Shown: one piece after another, positions 33,288 through 42,501 of the stretch
How the letters are laid out: the number at the start of each line of letters is the position of its first letter
Numbering within the stretch: the stretch's first letter is position 1
Assembly: GCA_963704725.1 (NCBI GenBank)
Contig: OY969934.1
Span: 3,072,001-3,136,000, forward strand
Source of the DNA: an uncultured Actinomycetes bacterium
Lineage (GTDB): Bacteria; Actinomycetota; UBA4738; HRBIN12
DNA length: 64,000 bases
Direction: 5' to 3'
Notes under the pieces: generated by a model
What the model was told of the DNA's origin: nothing
What the model saw: the letters and a program-made list of their open reading frames with translations, nothing else
Databases searched by the model: none
Program-made: the position numbers and the translations under genes

Positions 33288-34327
33288 CACTCCTCCCTTC
33301 CGTGGTCGGCCGCCTGCTCGAGCGCGGCGCGGGCGACGTGACAGGCGGCCACGTGGCCGTCGTCGAACTGCGTGAGCTCGGGCTCCTCGGTGCGGCACAC
33401 CTCGATCGCCACCGGGCATCGCGTGTGGAAACGGCACCCGGCGGGCGGCGTGATCGGGCTCGGGATCTCGCCCCGCAGCGGCGGCGCGCTCACCCGGCGT
33501 GAGGGATCCGGGTACGGGATCGCCTCCAGGAGGGCCTTCGTGTACGGGTGCTGCGGGGCGCGGAAGACCTGCTCGGTCGTGCCGAGCTCGACCACCTTCC
33601 CCAGGTACATCACGGCGACGCGGTGGCTGACGTGCTCGACCACCGCCAGGTCGTGCGCCACGAACACGATGGCCAGGCCGAGGTCGCGCTGGAGCTCGGC
33701 CAGCAGGTTGAGCACCTGGGCCTGGACCGAGACGTCGAGGGCCGAGACCGGCTCGTCGGCGACGATGAGGTCCGGCTTCGGCGCGAGCGCCGCCGCGATG
33801 CCGACCCGCTGGCGCTGCCCGCCGGACAGCTCGTGCGGGTGCCGGTCGGCCAGGGAAGGATTCAGCCCGACCCGGTCCAGGAGGTCGCGGACCCGAGCGT
33901 CGCGCTCGTCGCGGGAGCCGATGCCGAACGCGTCGAGCGCCTCACGCACGCTCCGCCCCACCCGCCACCGCGGGTCGAGCGAGCTGAACGGGTCCTGGAA
34001 CACGGGCTGGACCCGCTGGCGGAACCTCGCCAGGCGAGGGCCGGTCACGCCCGTGACGTCCTCGCCGCCGAACACGATCGAGCCGGCGGTCGGCGCGATC
34101 AGGCGCAGGACGCACCGGGCCAGCGTGCTCTTGCCCGAGCCGGACTCGCCCACGACCGCGAGCACCTCGCCGGGCCGCACGTCGAGGTCGACGCCGTCGA
34201 CGGCGTGGACGACGGCGCGTCCCCCCAGCAACCCGTGCCCCGCCGGGAAGTGCTTGACGAGGCCGCGCACCTCGAGGAGCGGCCGGTCGCCGGTCACGGG
34301 CGCGATGGCATCGGAGAGCGTCTTCAT
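33287..34327 (-). CDS. Opp/Dpp ABC ATP-binding protein (F-type)
   Basis: GESGSGKS, LSGGQRQR, DEPVSALD, HPYT. Confidence 0.95.
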   Translation of the reverse strand: MKTLSDAIAPVTGDRPLLEVRGLVKHFPAGHGLLGGRAVVHAVDGVDLDVRPGEVLAVVGESGSGKSTLARCVLRLIAPTAGSIVFGGEDVTGVTGPRLARFRQRVQPVFQDPFSSLDPRWRVGRSVREALDAFGIGSRDERDARVRDLLDRVGLNPSLADRHPHELSGGQRQRVGIAAALAPKPDLIVADEPVSALDVSVQAQVLNLLAELQRDLGLAIVFVAHDLAVVEHVSHRVAVMYLGKVVELGTTEQVFRAPQHPYTKALLEAIPYPDPSRRVSAPPLRGEIPSPITPPAGCRFHTRCPVAIEVCRTEEPELTQFDDGHVAACHVARAALEQAADHGREE

Positions 34328-35334
34328 CGGGCGGGCTCCCGTTCCACGCGCGGCGCCACGCCGGCCGCCTCGCGGGTGGCGTCGCTCAGCCAGCACGCCA
34401 CGGCGTGCGCCTCGCTCTCGTGGGCGAGCGGCGGGACGCGATCGCACTCGTCCATCCGGTACGGGCACCGCGGCGAGAACCGGCACCCCGGCGGCGGATC
34501 GGACAGGTCGGGCACGCGCCCGCCGATCACGCGGAGCTCGCCGCGGGCGTGCTCGGCGCTCGGCAGGGCCTGGAGCAACGCCTGCGTGTAGGGATGGCGG
34601 GGGTTCGCGAAGAGCTCCGCGACCGGCGCCACCTCGACGAGCTGCCCCGCGTACATCACGCCGACCCGGTCGCAGACCTGCGCGATCACGCCGAGGTCGT
34701 GGGTGATCAGCACGATCGTGGTGCGGTGACGCTCGCGCAGCTCCCGCAGGAGGTCGAGCACCTGGGCCTGGATCGTCACGTCGAGCGCCGTGGTCGGCTC
34801 GTCGGCCAGGAGCAGGGCCGGCTCGTTCGCCACCGCCGTGGCGATCACGACGCGCTGCCGCATCCCGCCCGAGAGCCGGTGCGGCGCGTCGTCGTACCGG
34901 CGTTCGGCCTCGGGGATGCCGACGTCCTTCAGCAGCGCCGTGGCCCGGTCGCGAGCGTCCTTCTTGTCGACGTCGCGGTGGGCGCGGATCGTCTCGGCGA
35001 CCTGCTCGCCGACGGGGAACGCGGGGTCGAGCGAGGTCATGGGGTCCTGGAACACCATGCTGATGCGGTCGCCCCGGAGCGTGCGGTACTCCTCGGCCCC
35101 GAGGCCCACGAGCTCGCGCTGCTGGAACCGGATGCTGCCGGCGACGGATGCGCTCCGCGGCAGCAGGCCCATCACGGCCGTGGCCAGCGTCGTCTTCCCG
35201 CACCCCGACTCGCCGACCAGGCCGAAGATCTCGCCCTCGGCCACCTCGAGCGAGACGTCGCTCACCGCGGACACCGTCCCCTCGGGCGCGGCGAAGTCGA
35301 CGTGCACGCCGTCCAGCTCGAGGACGTTCGTCAC
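34324..35334 (-). CDS. Opp/Dpp ABC ATP-binding protein (D-type)
   Basis: GESGCGKT, LSGGMRQR, DEPTTALD. Confidence 0.95.
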   Translation of the reverse strand: MTNVLELDGVHVDFAAPEGTVSAVSDVSLEVAEGEIFGLVGESGCGKTTLATAVMGLLPRSASVAGSIRFQQRELVGLGAEEYRTLRGDRISMVFQDPMTSLDPAFPVGEQVAETIRAHRDVDKKDARDRATALLKDVGIPEAERRYDDAPHRLSGGMRQRVVIATAVANEPALLLADEPTTALDVTIQAQVLDLLRELRERHRTTIVLITHDLGVIAQVCDRVGVMYAGQLVEVAPVAELFANPRHPYTQALLQALPSAEHARGELRVIGGRVPDLSDPPPGCRFSPRCPYRMDECDRVPPLAHESEAHAVACWLSDATREAAGVAPRVEREPAR

Positions 35335-36188
35335 TCGGCCACCCCGCGGGGGTCGAGCCGCCGGCGCAGCCCGTCGCCGACGAGGTTGAACGCCAGCACC
35401 GTCACGGCGATCGCGGCGCCCGGCGCCACCGAGGCCCACGGCGCCTGCGTCAGCACGTCGCGCCCGTCGGCGAGCATCACGCCGAGCGAGGGCGTCGGCG
35501 GCTGCGCCCCCAGGCCGAGGAACGACAGCGCCGCCTCGATCTGCAGGGCGAACCCCATGAGGACCGTGGCCTGGACGATGGCCGGCCCGAGCGCGTTCGG
35601 CAGGACGTGCCGGGCCAGGATGCGCATGGAGGAGGCGCCGCGGGCACGCGCCCCCTCCACGTACGTCTGCGCCGCCACCACGACCGTCGCGCTCCGGACG
35701 ACGCGGGCCAGGATCGGCAGGTAGATCACGGCGATCGCCAGCAGCGCGATGAGGCTCCCCGGCCCGAGGATCGCGATGAGCGCCACCGCCAGCAGCAGCG
35801 CCGGGAGCGCCAGCAGCATGTCGATCGGCCGCATGATGAGCGCGTCGATCCACCCGCCGTGGTACCCGGCGAGCAGCCCGAGCGGCACGCCGAGCGCGAA
35901 CGCCAGCGCCACCGAACCCACCGCCACCGAGAGCGACACCCGGTACGCGAACATCACCCGCGACAGCACGTCACGCCCCAGCGCGTCCGAGCCGAACGGG
36001 TGGGCCAGGTTCGGCGTGCCCAGCACGCGGGTGCCGTCGATCGCCTCGGGATCGTGCGGCGCGATCAGCGGCGCGAGGATCGCGATCGCCACGAGCGCGA
36101 GCAGGACGACCGCGCCGACCGTGGCCCACCGCGAGCCGAGGACCACACGACGCGAGGACCGCGCCACGGTGACCGTCGCCGCGCTCAT
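35331..36188 (-). CDS. ABC permease (OppC/DppC-like)
   Basis: HPFGSDALGRD, ARARGA, LSFLGLG. Confidence 0.95.
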   Translation of the reverse strand: MSAATVTVARSSRRVVLGSRWATVGAVVLLALVAIAILAPLIAPHDPEAIDGTRVLGTPNLAHPFGSDALGRDVLSRVMFAYRVSLSVAVGSVALAFALGVPLGLLAGYHGGWIDALIMRPIDMLLALPALLLAVALIAILGPGSLIALLAIAVIYLPILARVVRSATVVVAAQTYVEGARARGASSMRILARHVLPNALGPAIVQATVLMGFALQIEAALSFLGLGAQPPTPSLGVMLADGRDVLTQAPWASVAPGAAIAVTVLAFNLVGDGLRRRLDPRGVAE

Positions 36189-37144
36189 GCCGCCTGCCCC
36201 TGCTCGACCCGCGGGTCGAGCGCGCCGACCAGGATGTCGGTGACCAGGTTCACCACGATGAACAGCACCGCCACGAGCAGCACGCCGCCCTGCACGACGA
36301 TGTAGTTGCGCTGCTGGATCGACGTCACGATGAGCCGCCCCACGCCGGGCAGCGAGAACAGCGTCTCGATCACGATGGCGCCGCCGAGCAGGACGCCGAA
36401 CTGGATCCCGATGACCGTGACGATCGGCGGCCCCGCATTGCGCAGCGCGTGCAGGAACACGATGCGCCGCTCGCGGATCCCCTTCGCGCGAAGGAACTGC
36501 ACGTACGGCGTGCGCAGCGTCTCGTCCATCGCGCCGCGCGTCGTCCGCAGGATGTACGCGGCCTCGCCGGCCGCGAGCGTCAGGACCGGCAGGACCATGT
36601 AGCGAAGGTTCTGCACGGGATCCTGGAGCAGCGGCACGTACCCCGACGGCGGCAGGACCTGGTTGATCCCCGCGAAGACCAGCACGAGCATGATCCCGAG
36701 CCAGAAGTCCGGGATCGAGATCCCGGCCACGACGAACCCCTCGGTGAGGGTCCGCACCCAGCCGGCGCGAGCGGCCGCCCGCACACCCAGCGGCACCCCC
36801 ACGAGCACGGCCAGCGCCATCGACAGGACCGTGAGCTCGATCGTCACCGGCAGGCGCGTCGACAGCAGCGACGACACCGGCTCGTGGCTCACGTAGTCCT
36901 GCCCGAGATCGCCCCGGACGAGCCCGCCGGCCCAGGAGAGGTACTGGGCCGGCAGCGGCCGGTCGAGCCCGAGGTCCTCGCGCACCTGCGCCACGTTCTC
37001 GGGCGTCGCCCGGAACCCGAGCATCGTCCGCACCGGGTCGCCCGGCACGAGCCGGATCATGAGGAACACGAACACGCTCATCACGACGATCACCGGGATC
37101 GCCAGCAGCATCCGGCGGACGACGAACCGGGCCCGCGCACTCAT
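36185..37144 (-). CDS. ABC permease (OppB/DppB-like)
   Basis: PGDP, GDLG, RAKG, HALRNA, ETLFSLPGVG. Confidence 0.95.
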   Translation of the reverse strand: MSARARFVVRRMLLAIPVIVVMSVFVFLMIRLVPGDPVRTMLGFRATPENVAQVREDLGLDRPLPAQYLSWAGGLVRGDLGQDYVSHEPVSSLLSTRLPVTIELTVLSMALAVLVGVPLGVRAAARAGWVRTLTEGFVVAGISIPDFWLGIMLVLVFAGINQVLPPSGYVPLLQDPVQNLRYMVLPVLTLAAGEAAYILRTTRGAMDETLRTPYVQFLRAKGIRERRIVFLHALRNAGPPIVTVIGIQFGVLLGGAIVIETLFSLPGVGRLIVTSIQQRNYIVVQGGVLLVAVLFIVVNLVTDILVGALDPRVEQGQAA

Positions 37145-37926
37145 CGCTCGCCTCCCGCGTCGAGCCGCGCCTTGAGCTCCCGCAGCGTGGACTCGGTGAG
37201 CTGGAAGTGGGTCCCCGCCACGCGGGCCGCCGCCGCGGCGTTCCCCGTCGAGACCGCCCGGGCGAGCCTCGTGTGGTCCTTCACGGCCTTGGCCCGGATC
37301 TCGGGGCTGTACGGCTCGGCGCCGAACCCCAGGCTGATCTCGCTCCGGATCAGCGAGCTGAGGTTGGCCAGGTACGGGTTGTGCGTGGCCCCGGCCACCG
37401 CCTCGTGCATCGCCTGGTCGGCGGCGCGCGAGGCCTCGCGGTCGGGCGCCGCGAGGTACGCCGCGAGGGCGGCCTCGATCCGCTCGACGTCCTCGGCCGA
37501 ACGGCGCTCGGCGGCGGTCCGCGCGATGAGCGGCTCGACGAGCCGGCGGAAGTCGAACAGCCGCTCGAACCGCTCCCACCCCGGCAGCAGCGTCCGGCCG
37601 ATCATCTCGCGGGCCTGGGGACCCCAGCTCGTCTTGACGAACGCGCCGCCGCTGCGGCCCCGGCGGACCTCGACGTAGCCGAGCGCGGCAAGCCGCTGCG
37701 CCGCCTCGCGCACCGTGGTCCGGCTCACGCCGAGCGTGGCCGAGAGCTCGCGCTCCGACGGCAGGCGCTGGCCCGGCACGAACTCGCCGAGCGCGATCGC
37801 GGTGACGAGGAGGTCGGCCACGTGCTCCCCGGCGCTGCGCAGGCGGACCGGCTCGAGGACCGACTCGCCCGAGGCGGCCGCGCCGACGTCGAGCCACCGG
37901 CGGTCGGCGGGCCGGGCGTCGGTCAC
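37141..37926 (-). CDS. GntR/FadR family regulator
   Basis: RLPSERELS..GVSRTTVREA; FCD-like C-terminus. Confidence 0.92.
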   Translation of the reverse strand: MTDARPADRRWLDVGAAASGESVLEPVRLRSAGEHVADLLVTAIALGEFVPGQRLPSERELSATLGVSRTTVREAAQRLAALGYVEVRRGRSGGAFVKTSWGPQAREMIGRTLLPGWERFERLFDFRRLVEPLIARTAAERRSAEDVERIEAALAAYLAAPDREASRAADQAMHEAVAGATHNPYLANLSSLIRSEISLGFGAEPYSPEIRAKAVKDHTRLARAVSTGNAAAAARVAGTHFQLTESTLRELKARLDAGGER

Positions 37927-39203
37927 GGCCGCGCCTCCGGCTCCGCGAACCACCCGGCGACGAACCGCGCCAGCGCCCGCGCCCCGTCGAGCACGCTGTC
38001 GAGCTCGACGCACTCGTCGATGCCGTGGATGCGGTGCGTCCGCGGCCCGTAACACAGCGCCGGCGTGCCGAACGCGTTCAGGTAGTGGCGGGCGTCGGTC
38101 GTGCTCGCCATCCCCACGACGTCCGGGGCCGAGCCGTGGACCTCGGCGTGGGCGGCCGCCACGCGCGCCACGAGCGGGTGTCCCCGGTCGAGCCCGTAGC
38201 CCTGGGCCCGGAACCCCGACGGCGTGACCGCCGGCGGGTGCTCCCGGAGCCACTCGTCCTCGGAACACGCCGCGTCGATCGCCTTGCGCACCCGGGTCTC
38301 GGCTTCCTCGGCGCTCCAGGCGGTGGGATGGCCGACGCGGACGCGCATCCGGGCCACGGCCGGCACGCTCGAGCCCCAGTCCCCCGCCCGCAGGGTCCCC
38401 ACGTTCACGTTGTACGGATGCGTGGAGTCGTCGATCGCGGGCTCGTCGACCTCGGCGTTCATGTCGCGCTCGAGCGTGCGGAGCGCGTCGATCACCACGT
38501 ATGCGCCCTGGATCGCGTTCACCGCGCGGTCGGCGGACTGGGCGTGCGACGCCCGCCCCTCCACGGTCACGTCGAGCCACAGGATCCCGATGCCGGCCAC
38601 GAGCAGCCGCAGGTCGGTCGGCTCGGGCAGGAGCACCGCGTCGGCGAGGATCCCGGCCCGGCCCGCGGCGAGCGTGCCGTTGCCCGTGCACTCCTCCTCG
38701 ATCACCGAAAGGAACGAGAGCGACCCGCGGATCGCAGGGGGATCGACCTCGAGCAGCGACTCGAGCGCGAGCGAGGCCATGGCGAACCCGCCCTTCATGT
38801 CGCCGGCGCCGCGGCCGTACAGCCGGCCGTCCTCGATCCGAGGCACGAACGGCGGCGACGCCCACAGCTCGGCCTCCTCGGCCGGCACCACATCGATGTG
38901 GCCGTTGAGCAGGAGCGAGGGGCCGTCGCCGTCGCCCATCGTCCCGAGCACGTCGGGCCGGCCCTCGTACGGGCCGAGCGGCACGCCGGCCAGCGGGTCC
39001 TGCCCGATCGAGTCCTCGACGGGGACCTCGCGGACATCGAACCCGATCCGGCCCATCTCCTCGGCGACGAGCTCCTGCGCCCCGGCCTCGTTCCCCACGG
39101 TGCTCGGAGCCGCCACGAGTCGCTCGAGGAACGCGACGGCGTGGCGCGCATGCCGCTCGACGGCGTCGTCGAGCGCCTCGGCGTCGAGCCCGTGTTCGCT
39201 CAA
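37923..39203 (-). CDS. M20 ArgE/DapE-family deacylase
   Basis: NGHIDVV, GRGAGDMKGG, IEEE, HGIDE. Confidence 0.92.
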   Translation of the reverse strand: MSEHGLDAEALDDAVERHARHAVAFLERLVAAPSTVGNEAGAQELVAEEMGRIGFDVREVPVEDSIGQDPLAGVPLGPYEGRPDVLGTMGDGDGPSLLLNGHIDVVPAEEAELWASPPFVPRIEDGRLYGRGAGDMKGGFAMASLALESLLEVDPPAIRGSLSFLSVIEEECTGNGTLAAGRAGILADAVLLPEPTDLRLLVAGIGILWLDVTVEGRASHAQSADRAVNAIQGAYVVIDALRTLERDMNAEVDEPAIDDSTHPYNVNVGTLRAGDWGSSVPAVARMRVRVGHPTAWSAEEAETRVRKAIDAACSEDEWLREHPPAVTPSGFRAQGYGLDRGHPLVARVAAAHAEVHGSAPDVVGMASTTDARHYLNAFGTPALCYGPRTHRIHGIDECVELDSVLDGARALARFVAGWFAEPEARP

Positions 39204-39276
39204 AGGTCGAATGTCTAGTCCAAAAGTCCTTTGCGCGAACCTACACCCTCGGTCAAGGGCGCAGCCCGGCTCGACG

Positions 39277-40479
39277 TCAGAAGCCCACCAGCGAGCCGAG
39301 CTGCTCGTAGCCCGGCTGCACCTCGAAGAACCTGACGTAGCGATCGCCGTAGGTTCCGTTCGTCAGCACGCCCCGAACGAACCGGTTGAGGGCCTCCCCG
39401 AACGCGGGATCCTGGACGTAGGTCAGGTACCAGGGGCGCCCCGTCGGGTCGGCGAACATCAGGGCGCTCGCGAACCCCTCGGGGGGATCGGGGGTGAGGA
39501 ACGCGTCGACCTCTCCCGACGTGACCACCTGCACGGCGGTCTCCCGGTCCGTGGGGAACACGTCGGGTGGGCCCAGATCCCACGCCTCCGTGCTCGAGAG
39601 GTCGAGCAGCAGGGTGCTCGCGAACGAATCGATCGCCTCCGCCCCCGCGGCCTCGTCCGTCACGACCTCGATCTGGCCGCGTTCGCGGATCCTCGCCATC
39701 GTCGGCGACTCGGCGGGGTCCGGCGGGCTGAGATCAGGCGGTGGCACCGGGCCGAGCAGGCTGCCCATCGCGGCCGACTCCTCCTCGTCCAGCTCCATCC
39801 CCCCCGGCGCCTGGGGCCCGCCGCCGGTCGGGACGAGCGTTTGCTGCGCCGGACCGAGCAGCAGGGAGTCGCCGCCTCCCGCAGGCTCGATCGCGACGAA
39901 CCCCTGGGCCACCTTGACCATGCTGCCGCCGTCCACGACGAGCACCGCGAACACCGGATCGTTCATCCGCACCACGGTGTCGTCGGGCAACGTGAGCTTG
40001 ACCTCGAAGTCCGCGTCGGCGTCCTTGCTGCAGAGCGTCTCGCCGGCGACGAGCGACAGCACGATGCCCTCCTCCGGACGGACCCGGACCTCCGAGCTGC
40101 CGAGTAGCTGGCAGAAGTCGAGGACGTTGCGGACGATGAAGTCGAGGTTGCCGACCCCGTTCGTCGACACGAACGCGCGGGCCCGGATGTCGTCGCCCGT
40201 CGACACCTGCAGGTCGTCCACGAATCCGGCCGGGGTGTTGACCCCCTTGATCTCACCCACGACCTCGCCCCGGTCGTCGTCCCCCCCGTCGTTCCCGGTG
40301 GTCCCGGTGGTCCCGGTGGTCCCGGTGTTGCCGCCCGTCGTGGCGGTGGCGCCGGTCGCGCCCCCGGTCTCACCGGTGGCGCCGGTCGCGCCTGCACCGC
40401 CGTCGTCCCCGCCACACGCGCCGGCGATCAGCGCGACGACCACCAGGGTCGCCGCCGTCCGCATCCGGATGTGCCACAT
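39277..40479 (-). CDS. Lipoprotein with a possible FecR-like beta domain and a C-terminal SBP-like domain
   Basis: IAGAC lipobox, Gly/Thr linker, beta-rich middle, MARIRERGQIEV..GTYGDRYVRFF. Confidence 0.6.
   Translation of the reverse strand: MWHIRMRTAATLVVVALIAGACGGDDGGAGATGATGETGGATGATATTGGNTGTTGTTGTTGNDGGDDDRGEVVGEIKGVNTPAGFVDDLQVSTGDDIRARAFVSTNGVGNLDFIVRNVLDFCQLLGSSEVRVRPEEGIVLSLVAGETLCSKDADADFEVKLTLPDDTVVRMNDPVFAVLVVDGGSMVKVAQGFVAIEPAGGGDSLLLGPAQQTLVPTGGGPQAPGGMELDEEESAAMGSLLGPVPPPDLSPPDPAESPTMARIRERGQIEVVTDEAAGAEAIDSFASTLLLDLSSTEAWDLGPPDVFPTDRETAVQVVTSGEVDAFLTPDPPEGFASALMFADPTGRPWYLTYVQDPAFGEALNRFVRGVLTNGTYGDRYVRFFEVQPGYEQLGSLVGF
40293..40327. repeat. Coding 9-bp tandem repeat (Gly-Thr-Thr linker)
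   Basis: About four copies of TCCCGGTGG. Confidence 0.8.
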
Positions 40480-40483
40480 CCCC

Positions 40484-42121
40484 CTACCCCCTGATCGAGT
40501 CGACGATCTGTCGCGCCGTGGCGTTGGAGTTGGCGAGCGCCAGGAGGAACAGCGCGAGCAACAGCTTGTAGGAGAGGTACTCCGCCCAGCGACCGGCGGC
40601 GTAGAAGTACGACCAGACGCTCTCCTCGTTCTCGATCGTGATCCCCGGACTCTTGCGGAACGCCGCCTCGATCGACTCGGTCGCCTTGCGCAGCAGCGTG
40701 GTCACCAGTCGCTGCCCGCCGAGGACGCGGCTCCGCGCCCGCTGCATGGCGGAGGCCCCACCGGTCTTCGTCCGACCGCCGTCTCGGCCCGAGCCGCGGA
40801 AGGACCGCATCGACCAGGCCCAGGCCAGCACGCGGATCGCGGTGGCGATCAGGAGCAGCCACAGCAGCGCCCGGAGCGGATAGCTGGGCCTGACGAGATA
40901 CCCGCCGATCGTGCGGTACCCGGCATCGAACAGCCTCGCGACGCCGCTCCGCTCCTCGTGCTGCAGCGACAGGAGGATGAAGCGCGCGTCGTTCGCGAGC
41001 GGGATGTCGCCTGATGCGCGGGCGCTCTCCTCCAGCCGGCCGAGCATCTGGTACTGCACCCCCTCGCCGATGATCTGACCCACGATCCCGACGTCCATCC
41101 GCAGCCGGCCCGCGGAAACCTCGGTGAGGTCGATGCGTTGTCCCTCGGCGAACCCCACGCCGGTGAGGTCGAGGGTGCCGGTGGTGCTCAGGCCGAACAG
41201 CGCCGCTCCACCGGAGAACCGCGCGCCGCGGAAGTCGACCGAGCTCTGGGACCGCACGCCCACGAACGACACGGGGGCCTCGAAGGCCGTGACCCGGAAC
41301 GACGCCGGCTGCGCGAAGGTCGACTCGTCGAAGGTCGCGGTCGACTCGAACGTGGTGAGCGCGAAGTCGGTGCTTCCGCCGAACGTCGCGCTCGCGAAGC
41401 GCGCGAGCCCTCCGAAGCACCGGCTCCCGAAATCGGCGGTGCCACCGAACCTCGACCGGGCGAAGCCCGCGTCGCCCCGGAAGGCGCCCGCCGAGCCGGC
41501 GCACGCGCCGGCGGCGGGCGCGTCGCCCTCCGCGGCCGCGGTGAACACCGCGTCCTCGGCGAACGTCGCCAGGTCGAACGCGGCCGAGCCCCCGAACTCC
41601 GTCCCTGCGAACGAGGCGGTGGCGAGGAACCGCGCCCCGGTGAAGTCCGCGCTCTGCGCGATCTCCGCCCGGTCGAAGCTCACCGGGCCGGTGAACCTTG
41701 CCAGGCGCGCCCCCAGGTGTTCGCCACCGACCTCCGCTCCCTCAAGGAGCAGGGCGTCGCCGAAGACCGCGCCGCCCAGCTCGACGTCGCCTGCGACCCG
41801 CATCCCACCGAGATCGACGAGACGCTCGAACACGACGTCGGTGGCCATGAGGGAGCCCTCGAGCGCGCAGTCGCGGCACCGCACGGGCTCCGTGACCGTT
41901 CCGATCGGCCGGACGTCGACATCGCCGACGATCGTCACGCCGCGCAGGTCCACGGGCGCTCCGGACCCGAGCATGGCGACGATCTCGTCGCCTCCCAGCG
42001 AACCGTCGGCCGGCGCACGGTCGTCGGCGATCGCCCCCGCGTCGTGCGGCGACGCGAACGCCAGGACGGCGGTCGCCGCAGCGATCGCGGACGCCTCCAT
42101 CCATCTCCGTGGGATCGGCAT
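40484..42121 (-). CDS. Pentapeptide-repeat membrane protein
   Basis: Repeated A.F..A.F units, signal-like N-terminus, C-terminal TM helices. Confidence 0.85.
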   Translation of the reverse strand: MPIPRRWMEASAIAAATAVLAFASPHDAGAIADDRAPADGSLGGDEIVAMLGSGAPVDLRGVTIVGDVDVRPIGTVTEPVRCRDCALEGSLMATDVVFERLVDLGGMRVAGDVELGGAVFGDALLLEGAEVGGEHLGARLARFTGPVSFDRAEIAQSADFTGARFLATASFAGTEFGGSAAFDLATFAEDAVFTAAAEGDAPAAGACAGSAGAFRGDAGFARSRFGGTADFGSRCFGGLARFASATFGGSTDFALTTFESTATFDESTFAQPASFRVTAFEAPVSFVGVRSQSSVDFRGARFSGGAALFGLSTTGTLDLTGVGFAEGQRIDLTEVSAGRLRMDVGIVGQIIGEGVQYQMLGRLEESARASGDIPLANDARFILLSLQHEERSGVARLFDAGYRTIGGYLVRPSYPLRALLWLLLIATAIRVLAWAWSMRSFRGSGRDGGRTKTGGASAMQRARSRVLGGQRLVTTLLRKATESIEAAFRKSPGITIENEESVWSYFYAAGRWAEYLSYKLLLALFLLALANSNATARQIVDSIRG

Positions 42122-42280
42122 CCCCTCCGGTGAGTGCCGCGAACCGCCGCGCGCCGTGGTCGAACCATAGGGAATCGGGCCACTCGCCGGACTCGGTCGT
42201 TCGGGCTGCGCTGCCCTCCGTAGGCCGCCAGCGCCGACTAGGCTTCGGGTTCCGCCCACGATCTCGGACGGGAGGTCACC

Positions 42281-42457
42281 CTGGCCAAGCTCATCTACTC
42301 GGCGATCGCCTCCCTCGACGGCTACGTGGCCGACGAGGAGGGGAGCTTCGACTGGGCCGCGCCCGACGAGGAGGGGTTCGGCAGCGGCGTGGTCCACCTT
42401 CACTACGCGTGGCGCCGATCACGTCCTTCGCGTGCTCATCGTCACATTGACCTCTGA
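42281..42457 (+). pseudogene. Internally deleted dihydrofolate reductase/RibD-C family gene
   Basis: GGAGG SD; AKLIYSAIASLDGYVADEEGSFDWAAPDEE joined in frame to the C-terminal FGSGVVHLHY. Confidence 0.8.
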
Positions 42458-42501
42458 CCTGCGTACCGGCACAATGCGCGCTCAGGGCTGGGGGAGGGCG
42501 C

